Assembly (NCBI GenBank): GCA_964187785.1
Contig: OZ076409.1
Span: 98,582,001-98,646,000 of the forward strand
Direction: 5' to 3'
DNA from: Amphiscolops sp. MND2022
Taxonomy: Eukaryota
Length of the DNA stretch: 64,000 nt
Made by a program: the position numbers and the translations under genes. The notes under the pieces are model-generated. The model did no database searches and was not told the DNA's origin. It worked only from the letters and a program-made list of their open reading frames with translations. This document shows, piece by piece, positions 48,701 through 60,817 of this stretch; the first letter of the stretch is position 1, and every line of letters begins with the position of its first letter.

Positions 48701-50159
48701 CGTTAACAAATTTTCGAATGATTGAATTAGTTTATGACTAAAAGTAAAGTATTCCGTAGTTTTTTTTTAATTTAATGTTTCTAGTTTTTTTTCGAGCAGA
48801 CCCAGCCGTAGTTTGACAATTTTGTTGTCATCGATATCAGTGGTGATAATAAGTTTTACGCATAAAAAGTATGAAATAAAATTTGATGAAAATGATTTTT
48901 TAACAAAAAAATTGAAAAAGCGAAAATTATTTTTCTAGCTTTGCATCGAGTTTGGTTTGATGAATTCTATTTGAAGAATACATTCTTTCTTCATTTTTTT
49001 GTATATTTGACAGTACGTTGGTGTTAACCAGTAAGAAATCGAGAAAACACCCTTTAAAGGATTTTTTTACTCTATTTTTGACACTAAAAAGCAAACTTGG
49101 TATGGAAGCAATTGAATGAATTGCATTATTTAACTTTCATTTACGTAATCCGTTAATCGTTCAATATTCTAACAAGCGAATCCATTAAAAACATTTTAAA
49201 AATCGATCCAAGGGGGTTTGGAAAAATTTAGTTCACGGAACTAAGTTAAAATACAGCTTACGAAACAATTCATCTTCACAAAAAAGTGTTTTTTATCCGT
49301 AAACCCTCTTTAAAAAAATTAGGCTGTTCCCCAAAATCTCAACCGTTGCCTTTTCCGACCAACATTTCTGAGTGAAATCCCAATGTTCTCAACCTTTCGT
49401 TCCTACCAAAAATTCAAAAACGGGGAGGGGGGCTTATACGACGAACATAAAACGAAGACCGTTTTTTTAGAAACAAAATTTTGGCATGATCACTATTCGC
49501 CCATTTGATGACGAGTTGGATGACGTTGCAGTTGATTTTATTTTCGAAGAAATTTCAGACCCAGAGAAAATGACAGATGATGACTTCAATTTTAGTCCCT
49601 AAGAATTGAAAATTGAATTTATACCTCGAAAATTCATTCAATTTACACTAATGAAACTTTTTTTCTTGATTCAGGGGGGGCTTATATGACGAAAATACCG
49701 TAAATCAACAATTTCCTTTTCAAAATTGGGGAGGGGCTCATACGGAGGGGTGGGGGGTTATACGCCGGAATATACGGTATGTTTTAGAAGCACATTTCAA
49801 GTCTCACCGTACTATTTAATGAGCCGGCAACACCGGCAACATATTTCAGGCTCAAAAATTTTCAAAACCTGGACGTCCATAGTTGAAAGTGCTCGAAACG
49901 TTTACATGCTTTTATAGGTTGCCAGGGAAATTGGTTAGGTTTTTGAGAGCTGCTTACTGAAGCTTCAATGCTTAAAATTTTTATGCTGCGTCATTAATTT
50001 TTCAGGTATTTTCAGGATTCCTATATACAAATTGAAGGGTTTTCTTGGCACATCGACGGAAACTCAAAACCAAATCAACAGAAAATTTCAGAGGCTTCGA
50101 CGGGCGAAACTTGAGTTTGGCGATTACAGACACTACATCATGACGTAGACGAATAATCT

Positions 50160-51875
50160 CCCGGATTGGCCCTCCATTGATATCTCAGTAAGATCTTGGA
50201 ACAATCTTGACTGAAATCTTGTCAAGATTTTGCCATGGTATTAATTTTGCCAAGGTAAGATCTTATCCAGAGAGCCATGTTCCCAAGAAAAATAAGGAGG
50301 CGGAAATTTCGCCGCCAGAAATTTTGTCGTCAGAAATTTTGTCGCAGGAAATTTCGTCGTATAAGCAAATCCAGAAATTTCGTCGTCAGAAATTTCGTTG
50401 TCAGAAATTTCGTCGTCAGAAATTTCGTCGTCAGAAATTTCGCCGTCGGAAATTTCGTCGTATTGATTAGAATTAACAGCGTTAACGAAAAGACATCATT
50501 TGATTTATTCAATTATTTAATTATTAAAATGAGATCTTGAGAACAAGTTACAGGTTGACACCAAACTTGACTCAAAAACTTAATTGCATTCAATCAACTC
50601 ATCAAGACGCTTATTGAGCAGTGTTATAATTTCAGTCCTACCGGTGGAACTTACCGGGGCTTTACAGTACAATTTAGGCTTGTTCCAGGGGTGAATTTTT
50701 GCTTTTTTTAATCAGAAAATTATTTTAAAATTCTGGTAATTTTTGCTTTAAGTGTCGAAACAACTTCGTGTTGGGGGGATAAAAACCAAGGTGTATCTGG
50801 GAAGGACCCGAAACTATTTGCTCTCAAAACTATAACTAAAATTAGTCAATGATAGCAATAATTGCACAATTATCGATAATTATTAGGATAATTAACAAGA
50901 CTCGATAAATATTAAGACTCAATAATAAAACGATTATGGAAAGATTAAAGAAAATGCGACGGTTTATAGAACGTAATCACCGACGACGAAATTTCTGACA
51001 ACAAAATTTCTGGCGAAGAAATTTCTGACGACGAAGTTTCCGACGACGAAATTTCTAGTAATCGAGAAATTTTACTGGAAAATCCTATTTGGCCAGCAAA
51101 AAATCTGAGAGCAAGTCAACAAAAACCATGCAAATTTACATTGTTAGACATGACAATTTTTTGTTAACAAGGTGAAAAAAATGATTGAAGAGTCCTACGG
51201 CTGTTTATTCAGGAGGCAATGATTAAATTTTTTTTAAATTGGAAAATCGTCGCGTCAGAAAGAAAAGCCTCGAGCTTAATGATTACCCAAACATTGTTTC
51301 CGGGGCAATAACCGCTGTTTCCTGCAGTAATAATAGGGATGCTGAAACAGGCTCCAAGAAAGCCGGAGATATGAATGTACAAAAATTCCGGATTGCTAAT
51401 TGATCCCTGTGTAACTTTCCGATAGTGGCTCTGGACTTTTGAGAGCATTTTTCTCCGTCTCTGGAATCGACAGGAGTGATGAGTTACATACAAGTTTTCA
51501 AAAGCCCTTGAAACAACTTTCATTTGGTATATTCGCATTTCTCAGTCTTAAACTGGTGAGGAGGTATTAGGATTCCGGAAGCCAGAATACGTTTTTGTTA
51601 TTTTTTCGCACACTGTTGCATGCATTTTTGTTTCAGCAGGTTGAAGCATTTTGATTAGTAGAAATAGTCGTTGTTGGGTGAAATGAGGCTTTAGATTGAG
51701 TCTCGTCTGATTGTAGCGAAGATATCGTGTTTTTTTACGATCTTGGAATAACGTATTATATTGATAAGATCTTAATAAGAATCTTGCCATGGGTTCCATG
51801 GTCGCCAAGATGTAGTAGGAATTTGGTACGACCTTGCCAAGACAGCCAATATGCTAGAAAGAGGGTCAACCCGGG
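50160..51875. mobile_element. Second copy of the CCC...GGG element (2-bp TSD CT), carrying an insertion
   Basis: ct|cccggattggccctc ... gagggtcaacccggg|ct; colinear with 39066-40069 apart from 50291-51068. Confidence 0.8.
50291..51068. mobile_element. Foldback-type insert with inverted arrays of a 15-bp unit
   Basis: (cagaaatttcgtcgt)n at 50300-50461 and (acgacgaaatttctg)n at 50983-51057; absent from the 39066 copy. Confidence 0.8.
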
Positions 51876-53363
51876 CTATGTGAGCCAAAAAACTCGCCAA
51901 AATGTAATTTTTCTAAGAATTTTTTTTCCAAACAAGGTTTCAGAAAACTCGATAAAAAGGCAAAAAGAAGTTAAGGCCTTGAAAATGTCGGATAAGGAAA
52001 AATTGTAGTGATTTTTTTCAGAGGCCTTGCTTTGGTTTTGTGTTTATATGTCGTTTTAATTACATTTGGATTCAATTTGTTTCATTTTCATTGGAAAAGT
52101 TCACAAAACACAGTGAGTTCTGAGAAGAGATGACAGATTTTGTATGTTTTTCACAAATTTTTCAGGAGTTTCAAGATCGCTCGGGGCGAAAGGATGCCGA
52201 ATAAGACGTTGCTCACAAAAAGAGAGTTTTTAAAAATTTTTTCAAAAGAATATCTGCAAGTTGGTTTGAAGTTTTTCAAAATGCATGGATATGCTTCGAG
52301 CTCTTTACAACCTGCTTGAAAGTTTCACAAATTTTCCATGGATGGGTCTTGAATTTTCTTAATTCTATAAAAACATTAGCCTGCATACATGAATGCTGCG
52401 TCCAAAAGTTTGTTGGGGTGCCGTATTGACTAGGGGTGGGTCTATGAACACTCAATTGATGATTTTTATTTGGAATCAAAAAAATATTTCAATCAAATTA
52501 TACCGGCATCCTCAAAAGATTTGGGGGCAAATGAGTGATTGAAAATTTTTCAAAAATATTTTTTCAACTTTGTGAAAATCGAGAAAAAATGCAAAATTGA
52601 CGAAGTTTGGTCAAAATGTACAATTTCTAACTTGTGTAAATTTTGTCGCAGAAAATTCAAACAAAAATTTTTGGAAACTACAAAAAATTGTAAGAAACTT
52701 TCATAACTCAGAATTTTTTTGTATTTGTGACAGTTTTCAAGATATTTGGATTTGAAAATGGCAATTTCAAGAAATCTTAGAACGCTACTGTATTTGTATG
52801 ATAACAAAACAACGAAAACATTTTTGAAACATTGGAAATGTCAGCCGGATCTGATTACGATGGAAATTTCCTACGAAGAAACATTTGTCGTCACAATGAG
52901 GAATATTTTCCCCGTTAAAGATTCTTTTGGCGCCGTTCCTCTGATATATAAAAGTGCTTATTCTCGATTGAGGATGAAATCATTATTTGAAGTTAATTGG
53001 ATGGGCACAATTTTGCATCAATAGAATCCAATTTTGTTGAATCAGTTGTCGAAGCTTGTTCATCTAATTATGGGTCAGCTAAATCGTAATTTGATAATAA
53101 TCATTCCCAAAAACATGAATTCAACCAATTACTTGAAAATCAGCACATCTGGGAATTAGAAAACGAGGAAAAGACCGCTTTTAAATAAGAACGACTAGCT
53201 TGGACATACAAAGGATGTTTTCTGTTAATTCCCCCACCACCAATTTAATTCCCCTCAGTTAAGCGGTCAGGTGAAATTATCATTGAATTAATAGTAACAA
53301 CCAATCAAATTGCAGTATTTCTTAACTCTAACTGCAACTGAAACTCATCGCTGATAGTGGCGG

Positions 53364-55075
53364 TGTCGCAAGCTGCCGCTTGTGATGGAATATTCTATCA
53401 GATACCAGGAAATAACGCACTTAACCCCCCACCAGGAGTATTGCCAATCTGATCAACAATGGACCATTGGTACGAACACCTACAAACAATATATGTTACT
53501 GTTGCATTGTAATTAACCTCACACGTTTTCGACCTTAAGTCGATTTGGCTACAACAAACTTTTGTATTAATTAAACGGATTACAAGTCACTTTTAATATG
53601 TTTTAGTATTAGTCTCATCTGTGTTTGAAATACCTGTCAAAGATTGGCAAATTGTTGTAATGTTAGAATATAAACGGTGCTGTAATTTAATACTTGAATT
53701 TAAACGCACAAGTAAGCAGGTTACAGGAAACGAGTTCAAATGATCGTTTCCTGTAGCTTGCTGTACGCGGCGTTGTCCAATACATTGACCAATCACAGCG
53801 CTGTATTTATGTACATTTAGTGTAGACGCACGGACCGGTGGTCCGCCTTATTATTGATTGCTGTTGCCACTAGACTGCTGTGCTTAGTGCTGTAGACGGA
53901 TGGACCGGTGGTCCGCCATAGTGCTTTTGATTTGAATTAGTACTTACAAATAGAGTCAAGTGTTTAGACGCAATTTAGATCCAATTTAGTGTTGTTTATT
54001 AATACATTACCAGTCTATTTGACTGGATGTCATGTAATATTTTAACGATCATGTATTTTACATAGCATACAAACATGCACTCATATCCTTGTAATATCTT
54101 CATAAGTAGACCCTGAGGCAGGACCGCCTAACCTATCAACCTGGCTTTGATGCTATTTTTAACCATAAATGTAAAGTGATGCAATATTGACGTCATCCCG
54201 TGGGTCTATTTTGGGAATGAATCAACTATTAATAGTAACATGACAGCCTAAATTACTGGTGTCATGCAGTGCAAAGTATATATACCCGGGACCTTCAGCC
54301 CGAAGGACACAACAATTGATCTCGATACAACTTGCAATACACTCGCATCACTGATTTGTTATAATATATCGCTTACGTTCTGTTGTTTGAAATAGTTTTC
54401 AATTGACTATTAGAAGATATCAGATTTCTTCATGCCTTCAACTAGAAAACAGAAAGCCAAAGAAAGGCGTTCTAGGCAATTGGACATCATGTCCGATGTA
54501 GAAAATGTTGATATAATGCTTGGAAGTTATGATAGAGATGATGAAAGAGCAGAGCAGAGTGAAAGTGAACTTAATTTGGACTCAGGGTCCAATAGACTAC
54601 ACCAAAATCCAACCTTGGTAGGAGAAGACTTTAGGTCTTTACTCAATACTAATAGTAGAGAGAATAGCGAAGTCACTGTAGAGACCACTAGATTGATCAA
54701 TGAAAAAATTTCCAACCAAATGTCAAGGAGGTTGAATGAAATTAAGTCTAGTTTAAATTCACAAATACAAAACGCAATATCAGCTGCAATAGCTGATACT
54801 GTACTTCCTTCCATTCAAAATACGCTAGAAACACAGGGGAGGACGAATTTCACTATAATTGACCGAGGGTCCAACGAGCTACATCCTAGCTCGAAAGCAG
54901 GAGATTTCACCAAAGAGGACCGAAGGTCCAATGGGCTACAATGGAACTCAGGAGCAGAAAACCCGCTGAGAACATGGGAAAATCGCCCCCAAAATGTGTT
55001 ATACACACGAAAGCAATAGACTAAGGTCTAGAGAAAGTTCGGTAGAATCTTCTGCCCACGAACAAAATCGCGACA
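53364..55075 (+). repeat. Putative long 5' LTR (~1.7 kb) of a gypsy element; right end well supported, left end tentative (alternative 54028)
   Basis: TGTCGC at 53364 is the inverted repeat of GCGACA ending at 55075, followed directly by TGG; the solo relic ends at the equivalent base; CCAAT and TATATATA (54277-54284) inside. Confidence 0.65.
53821..53917. repeat. Two 27-bp direct repeats with an internal ggacc/ggtcc dyad
   Basis: tgtagacgcacggaccggtggtccgcc (53821) and tgtagacggatggaccggtggtccgcc (53891), period 70. Confidence 0.85.
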
Positions 55076-55087
55076 TGGTGACAGGAG
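55076..55087 (+). promoter_or_regulatory. PBS TGGTGACAGGAG (tRNA-Leu-like) inside coding sequence
   Basis: Follows ...CGCGACA directly; one mismatch to the tRNA-Leu-type PBS TGGTGTCAGGAG. Confidence 0.7.
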
Positions 55088-56184
55088 CCAACTCTAACCC
55101 CCGTATGGTTCCTGAGTTCCTCACTGGACGGCCCATGCAACCCCGTGAACCCCTGCAACATCAAAATTCCACTAATGAAGAGTCACAGGACCCGGAACCA
55201 TCGGACCACGACACTACAAAAACAACTACTCCCACTGACCCCATCAACCGTCTAGCAGAAGTATTGGTCGGCATGAATAACCGTCCATCAGCACAAACAC
55301 TGATGGTACGCCCAGTCAGCACGACTACACTGACGTTTGACGGCAAATCAGAGAAATTTGAACTTTTCGAAGATCTCTTTCACACGATGATAAAAATGCA
55401 ACCTGACATGACTGAAACAATGAAAATAAACCATTTTCATTCCTTGTTACGCAAAAATGCGTTACAAACCTTCCGCAACATCAATACGGCAAACAGGCAG
55501 ACCTTGGAAGACATTTTGGCAGTATTTCGCCGGAAATACGTCAAACCTGAGTCCCAGGCGACCGCCAAACACAAATGGCACAGATTGGTGTTCGACCCAA
55601 ACACCATGAAACTGCCAGACTTCCTGGAGGAATTAAATCAAGGAGCTGAAAAAGCGTTTGGCGAGAACGCTCAGGCCATGATTGACAGTCTCCTTTATGC
55701 CAAATTGCCACCAAAACTGAAACGATCAGTCAATATGGCTTGAAAACGCTACCTACGAGGAGATAGTCACCCATTTAGAACGTGAGCTTGAACTCAATGG
55801 ACTTGAGGAGGGGGATGACATTCCAGTACCAACAATGTCCACTGCCCCTACAGCAACACGACCGGGAACTGGCCTTCTTTCCTCTGGCATCGATCCAAAC
55901 ATTACCTGCAACTATTGCAAAAAACCCGGACATGTCAAGGATGAATGCCGAAAACTTAAACGAAAGGAGGAACAACGCCGCAATGACGGGCAGGATACCA
56001 AGAAAGAGTATCCAAAATGTCCAACTTGCGACAAAACGAACCACCCGGTGGAACGATGTTGGAAAGGCGCCGGAGTCCACCTCAAGCCCAAAAACCTTAA
56101 ACTGGAGGACACTACCGCCTCTCATACGTCCACCAGCAAAGACGACGCAAAAAATACACAACCGACCTCCATTTTGAAAAACCC

Positions 56185-56191
56185 AAAAAAC
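56185..56191 (+). promoter_or_regulatory. -1 ribosomal frameshift slippery heptamer A_AAA_AAC
   Basis: In gag phase immediately before the TAG; the -1 frame is open from 56191 into pol. Confidence 0.8.
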
Positions 56192-59100
56192 TAGATTCGC
56201 CACGACTCCAATTTAATGACAAACTCCGTGTCCGACAATACATAATATCAGACCCCTCAAACGTCTATTATACTGAAAATTATACCTCCCATAAAGACAC
56301 ACCATCAGCTGACTGGCAGCAGCAGATGACGACTCCACCTACCTCCCACACAACTTTGGACCCTATGTCCAACAGACTACAGCACGATACTACTACTATA
56401 CGGCTTTTACATCTCATTGATGACTATAGCCCATACTACTCTGATCCTGATTATGGTTTTGATCCCTATTGGGATGCTAATTGCTACAATCAACATCACC
56501 TATACTTCTACCGTAATTTTAACAAACCGAGTCACGTCATAGAACCAGATTCCTACGACATTGACAAAGCCTTGAATGTGGGGCTTGCGGAAGCCCGAGT
56601 TGACCCATGGCAAAATGACACACCGCCAAACTGTCAAATGACCTACAATGGGCCTGACAATGAATTTCACCGTGTGGGACCACAAGTCTCTCTGGCTACA
56701 GCAGTTGCCGCGCGCTTCGTGAACGCTCTAATCACGAGGACTGGCGAGCCAGACTATGTACCGCTGACAACCAATCTTGGCCTTAAATACAAACGACGAA
56801 TGCTCTATTTTCCGATGGATTTTGGCGAACAAACATTAGATGGCCTTGTAGACACGGGAGCTCTATCTAGCGCAATCCCAGAAGCTGATCTACGTAAAAT
56901 CCGATTGCTTGCCCCTCAGTCTATTGTCAAAGAGGGCCCGGCTCCCAACTTCCAAATTATGGTTGCTAATGGGCAGCTGGAGACTCCGAAGAGCACAGTC
57001 GAGCTGAAGTTTGAAGTTGGCGACATAGAATTCCACGAGATCTTCATAGTCATGGAAAAACTCACTAGCCCATTGATTGGTCTTTCGTTCCTGCAAAGGA
57101 ATAACACCATCCTGGTCATGAGACAAGGTGTCCTGAATTTCCCTTTCTTTTCAATGCAATTGAAAACTGCCGACCACAAGTACACTAACGTCATGGAACC
57201 CATTTGCACTAGGGAGGATGTAACCATCCCACCTAATGACCGACAATCGGTCCAGCTGGCATCACAACTGTACGAAGACACTACGGTTACCGGGATCCTT
57301 CAACCGAGCAACACGCTTACAGATGATGGCGATATCACTTTCTGTGCTGCTCTAGTCACATTGACCAATGGTCAAGTTTCGGTTCATCTGAACAACTTCA
57401 CCGACAGTCCGTATACCCTCAAAAGAGGCACACAGGTTGCTAATTTCACTGTCCTTACACCAGAACAGATGAAATATGTCAAACCCATCGACCCAGTGAC
57501 CACATGGCACCTTTTGCAGGACAATCCTAAAAATGCTGCTTACTATGCAAGTAGCTTGATCAAATCTACTAAGCCTGAAGACTTCAAGGAAAACTACTGG
57601 TTTCCAACACCAGAGGACCCTGGGGACCCTCAGCATCATACGCCGATCCAGAAACGGATATTATCAGAACTCATCAACCTTCAAGAATTAGAACAACTTA
57701 ATCCTCAGGAGGACCCTGAGTCCAGACAACAATTTTTGTCCAATTTTGATTAGACAGATTCTATGCTACAACCAGCTGAAATAGCTCGCATAGAAGATTT
57801 ACTTGTTGAATTTCACGACATATTCGCAAGACACCGATTCGACATAGGCATGAACGAGGACTTCAAGGTCAAACTGACGCCGAAAGACGATTCCCCAGCC
57901 TATAGTCAGAGTTTGCCAACGCCAATCAATCTCAAAGAGGACATCCTTGTAGAATTGGCACTACTACATCGTTATGGGATCATTACAACACTCCCATTTT
58001 CCAAATATGCAAGCCCGATATTTGCCCAGAAAAAACCCAATGGTAAATTGCGACTTTTAGTCGATTTGCGTAAGATTAACAATCTTATCTCGGATGATAA
58101 TATCAACAACAACCATCCAGTGAGCACACTTACCGATGCAGCCCAACATATGGCCGGGAAGAAGCTATTTTGTAAGCTAGACTGCTCCCAAGCATACCAT
58201 TGCCTACAAATGGCGGACCAACGGTCCATTGAAATGCTTGCTTTCAATTTCGCCAGCAGAACCTTTGCGTACAGAAGATTGGCACAGGGACTCAGCAGAG
58301 CCCTATCGGCCTTCTCTAGCTTTATGCGCGAATACTTAGACAAAGTCATCAAAGCAGACCAATGTGCCCAATATGTCGATGATATTGGCATCGCTGCCAA
58401 CGATGCTGAACAACTCATCAACAACCTGAGGGCCACATTTCAATGCATACAAAAAGCTGGTCTCAAGCTTACGATGCATAAATGCCATTTTGGCGCAACG
58501 GAAATCGATTTTCTGGGACGTACCATCACTCCTGCGGGAGTGAAGCCGCAGAGACCACGGGTCCAAAATTTCATGGAAAATACCAAGTTTCCGAAATCCA
58601 AGAAAGCACTTCAACGCTACCTGGGATTCTTAAACTATTACAGGAACTACATCCCAAGGCTGTCAGAGAAACTAACACCGTTTTTCAAATTGCTTACAAA
58701 AGATGAAAAAGTCCTGGTTACTCCGGACCTCCTGGAGAAATTCACCGAGATAAATAAGGCTCTTGACCGATGTTGTGAACTGGCACTCAAACAACCTTTA
58801 CCGAACAAACAAATAGCCCTTATGACCGACGCTAGCTTTTCGGCTGCAGGGTATGCGGTTCTCATCGAAGATGATCCCTTCGAGAAATATACCTCTACGA
58901 GGAAAGCTTTCGCACCAGTAGCTTACGGATCCAAGACTTTTAGTCCTACCCAATTGAAAATGTCCATCTACGCAAAGGAATTCCTGGCAATTTTCTTTGC
59001 CTTCAAGGAATTCGGACACATATTTTGGGGAACCCCGAAACCGGTGATTATACTTACAGACAACAAATCAGTCACAAGATTTTTTCAAACAAAAATCATT

Positions 59101-60817
59101 CCTCCAACTCTATGGAACGCATGTGACTACGTCATTCAGTTCAACTTCACCATTGCTCACATACGCGGCAAAAACAACACTGCCGCAGACTATTTGTCCC
59201 GACTCGAAATCTCTCCAAAAGAAAAATTGATCCTCAGGATAAGAGAAGATATTCCAACAACACCGATTGAACTACATGTCCAATCGGCGGGAGTGTCAAA
59301 AGAGGAACAAATTTTCTTCACGGATGACGACGACGAGACGGAAGAACAAATTCTACAACGCAAAAGGGACGCTAGAGCCCACCCAGCACATCAACTACCA
59401 GATATCTCATTCGAAAAAGTCACAACACACAAAAGCCAATACCACAAACTTTCCACAATCCAAAAACTAACCAGCATAAACTCCATAGCGGTCGAACAAA
59501 ACAATGACATTATTTTACAACAACTACGACTCAAGATACTCAAAGAAATTTACTCAGAGTCCATACTAATGCAAGACAATCGATACCAACATTACTGTCG
59601 CCAAATGGACCGACTGTCCGTTACAGACGAAATCATCACCAGGCAGTATTTTGATGAAACAGGGGCAGTTAAATACAATCAGGTGCTCTTGCCAGAGCAT
59701 TTACTCGCAGAACTCCTTGAATTCTTACATGGGAAAGCAACTAAACACCCAGGCATATCCAAGATGCTTATCGAAATTCGACAAAAATACTATTACCCAG
59801 GAACTGCGAAAATTGTCAAAAAATGGGTTCAGGGATGTGAAATTTGTATCAAGGACAAACGAATTCCCAATTCATCCATTACCCCTGAACTCCTCAATTT
59901 GCCTGAATGGGACCTAGGACCAGAAGATGCAATGCGAATTGATTTGTTACCAAACTTACCACCAAGTGCTGGATACGAAAATATCATCACTGCAATGGAT
60001 ATGTTTTCAAGATATCTTTTTGCCTATCCAGTCACGGACGCTTCGGCCATAAATACGGCAAAAGTCATCATCGATATAATGACCAAGCACACCTATTTGC
60101 CCACTACCTTGATTACAGACAGAGGTACGGCCTTCACGTCCAAGTTGGTGGCTGAGATCGCTCAAATTTTAGGAATCCAAATGAAATATGCGACTACAAA
60201 ACACCCACAAACCATTGGCAAACTTGAGCGAACGCACGCCAGCCTCAAAACAAACTTAAAAATGGCCTCAGGGGACTATAGGCGACAATGGCATAAATAT
60301 CTACCTTTAGCTGTCCTAAATTATAACACGACGTATCACGCCACCCTGGGCTGCGAACCAACCAGAATTTTTCACGGACGTATTCCATATAATATTCTTG
60401 ATCAAAAATTGGGACTTAATCCGAACCCCAAGGTCCTTCCGACTACAGATTTTGCAGACGAATTTCAAAGACGAACACAAGTACTGATGGACTCCACGAA
60501 GAAAAACATCATGCAATCCTACTTGAAATACAAGGAATACTATGATCGCAAGGCAAAAGCAGCACCTTTGAAACTAAACGACTATTGTTTTATATTACAA
60601 CCTATTGCTGACCACCAAGGATCAAAAATACCATTTCGCGAATACCGGTGGACTGGACCCTACATAGTAGAAAAAGTATTACCGAATGACAATTACATTG
60701 TCAGGAAACTCAATTCCAATAAAACACAGATCCTACACCGTATCAGATTGCGTAAATACGAACCGAACACCGATCTACGAGATATTCGACCGGAAGGCAA
60801 CTTGCAACAGGATGACG
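56191..60817 (+). pseudogene. pol: Gypsy pol: spacer-protease-dUTPase-like-RT-RNase H-integrase (one stop at 57751-57753)
   Basis: LVDTGA, LDCSQAY, QYVDDI, MTDASF, TDNKSV, HGKATKH...CEIC, IDL / TDRGTAF / GKLER, WTGPY. Confidence 0.93.

Larger units (their letters stand above)
54432..56194 (+). pseudogene. gag: LTR-initiated ORF continuing into gag, with two frameshift lesions (~54990, ~55741)
   Basis: ORFs 54432-55019, 54994-55743 (FDGKSEKFELFEDLF, capsid-like) and 55835-56194 (CNYCKKPGHVKDEC, CPTCDKTNHPVERC). Confidence 0.85.

Noticed and set aside
49425..49780. MITE ending ttatacgccggaatatacggta
   Set aside because: Looks like one TIR, but no matching left end was found
50207..50540. ORFs with KFRRQ / RNFVV repeats
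   Set aside because: Translations of the 15-bp tandem array
53130..53220. RT fragment (ELENEEKTAF)
   Set aside because: Single short motif with no flanking RT motifs
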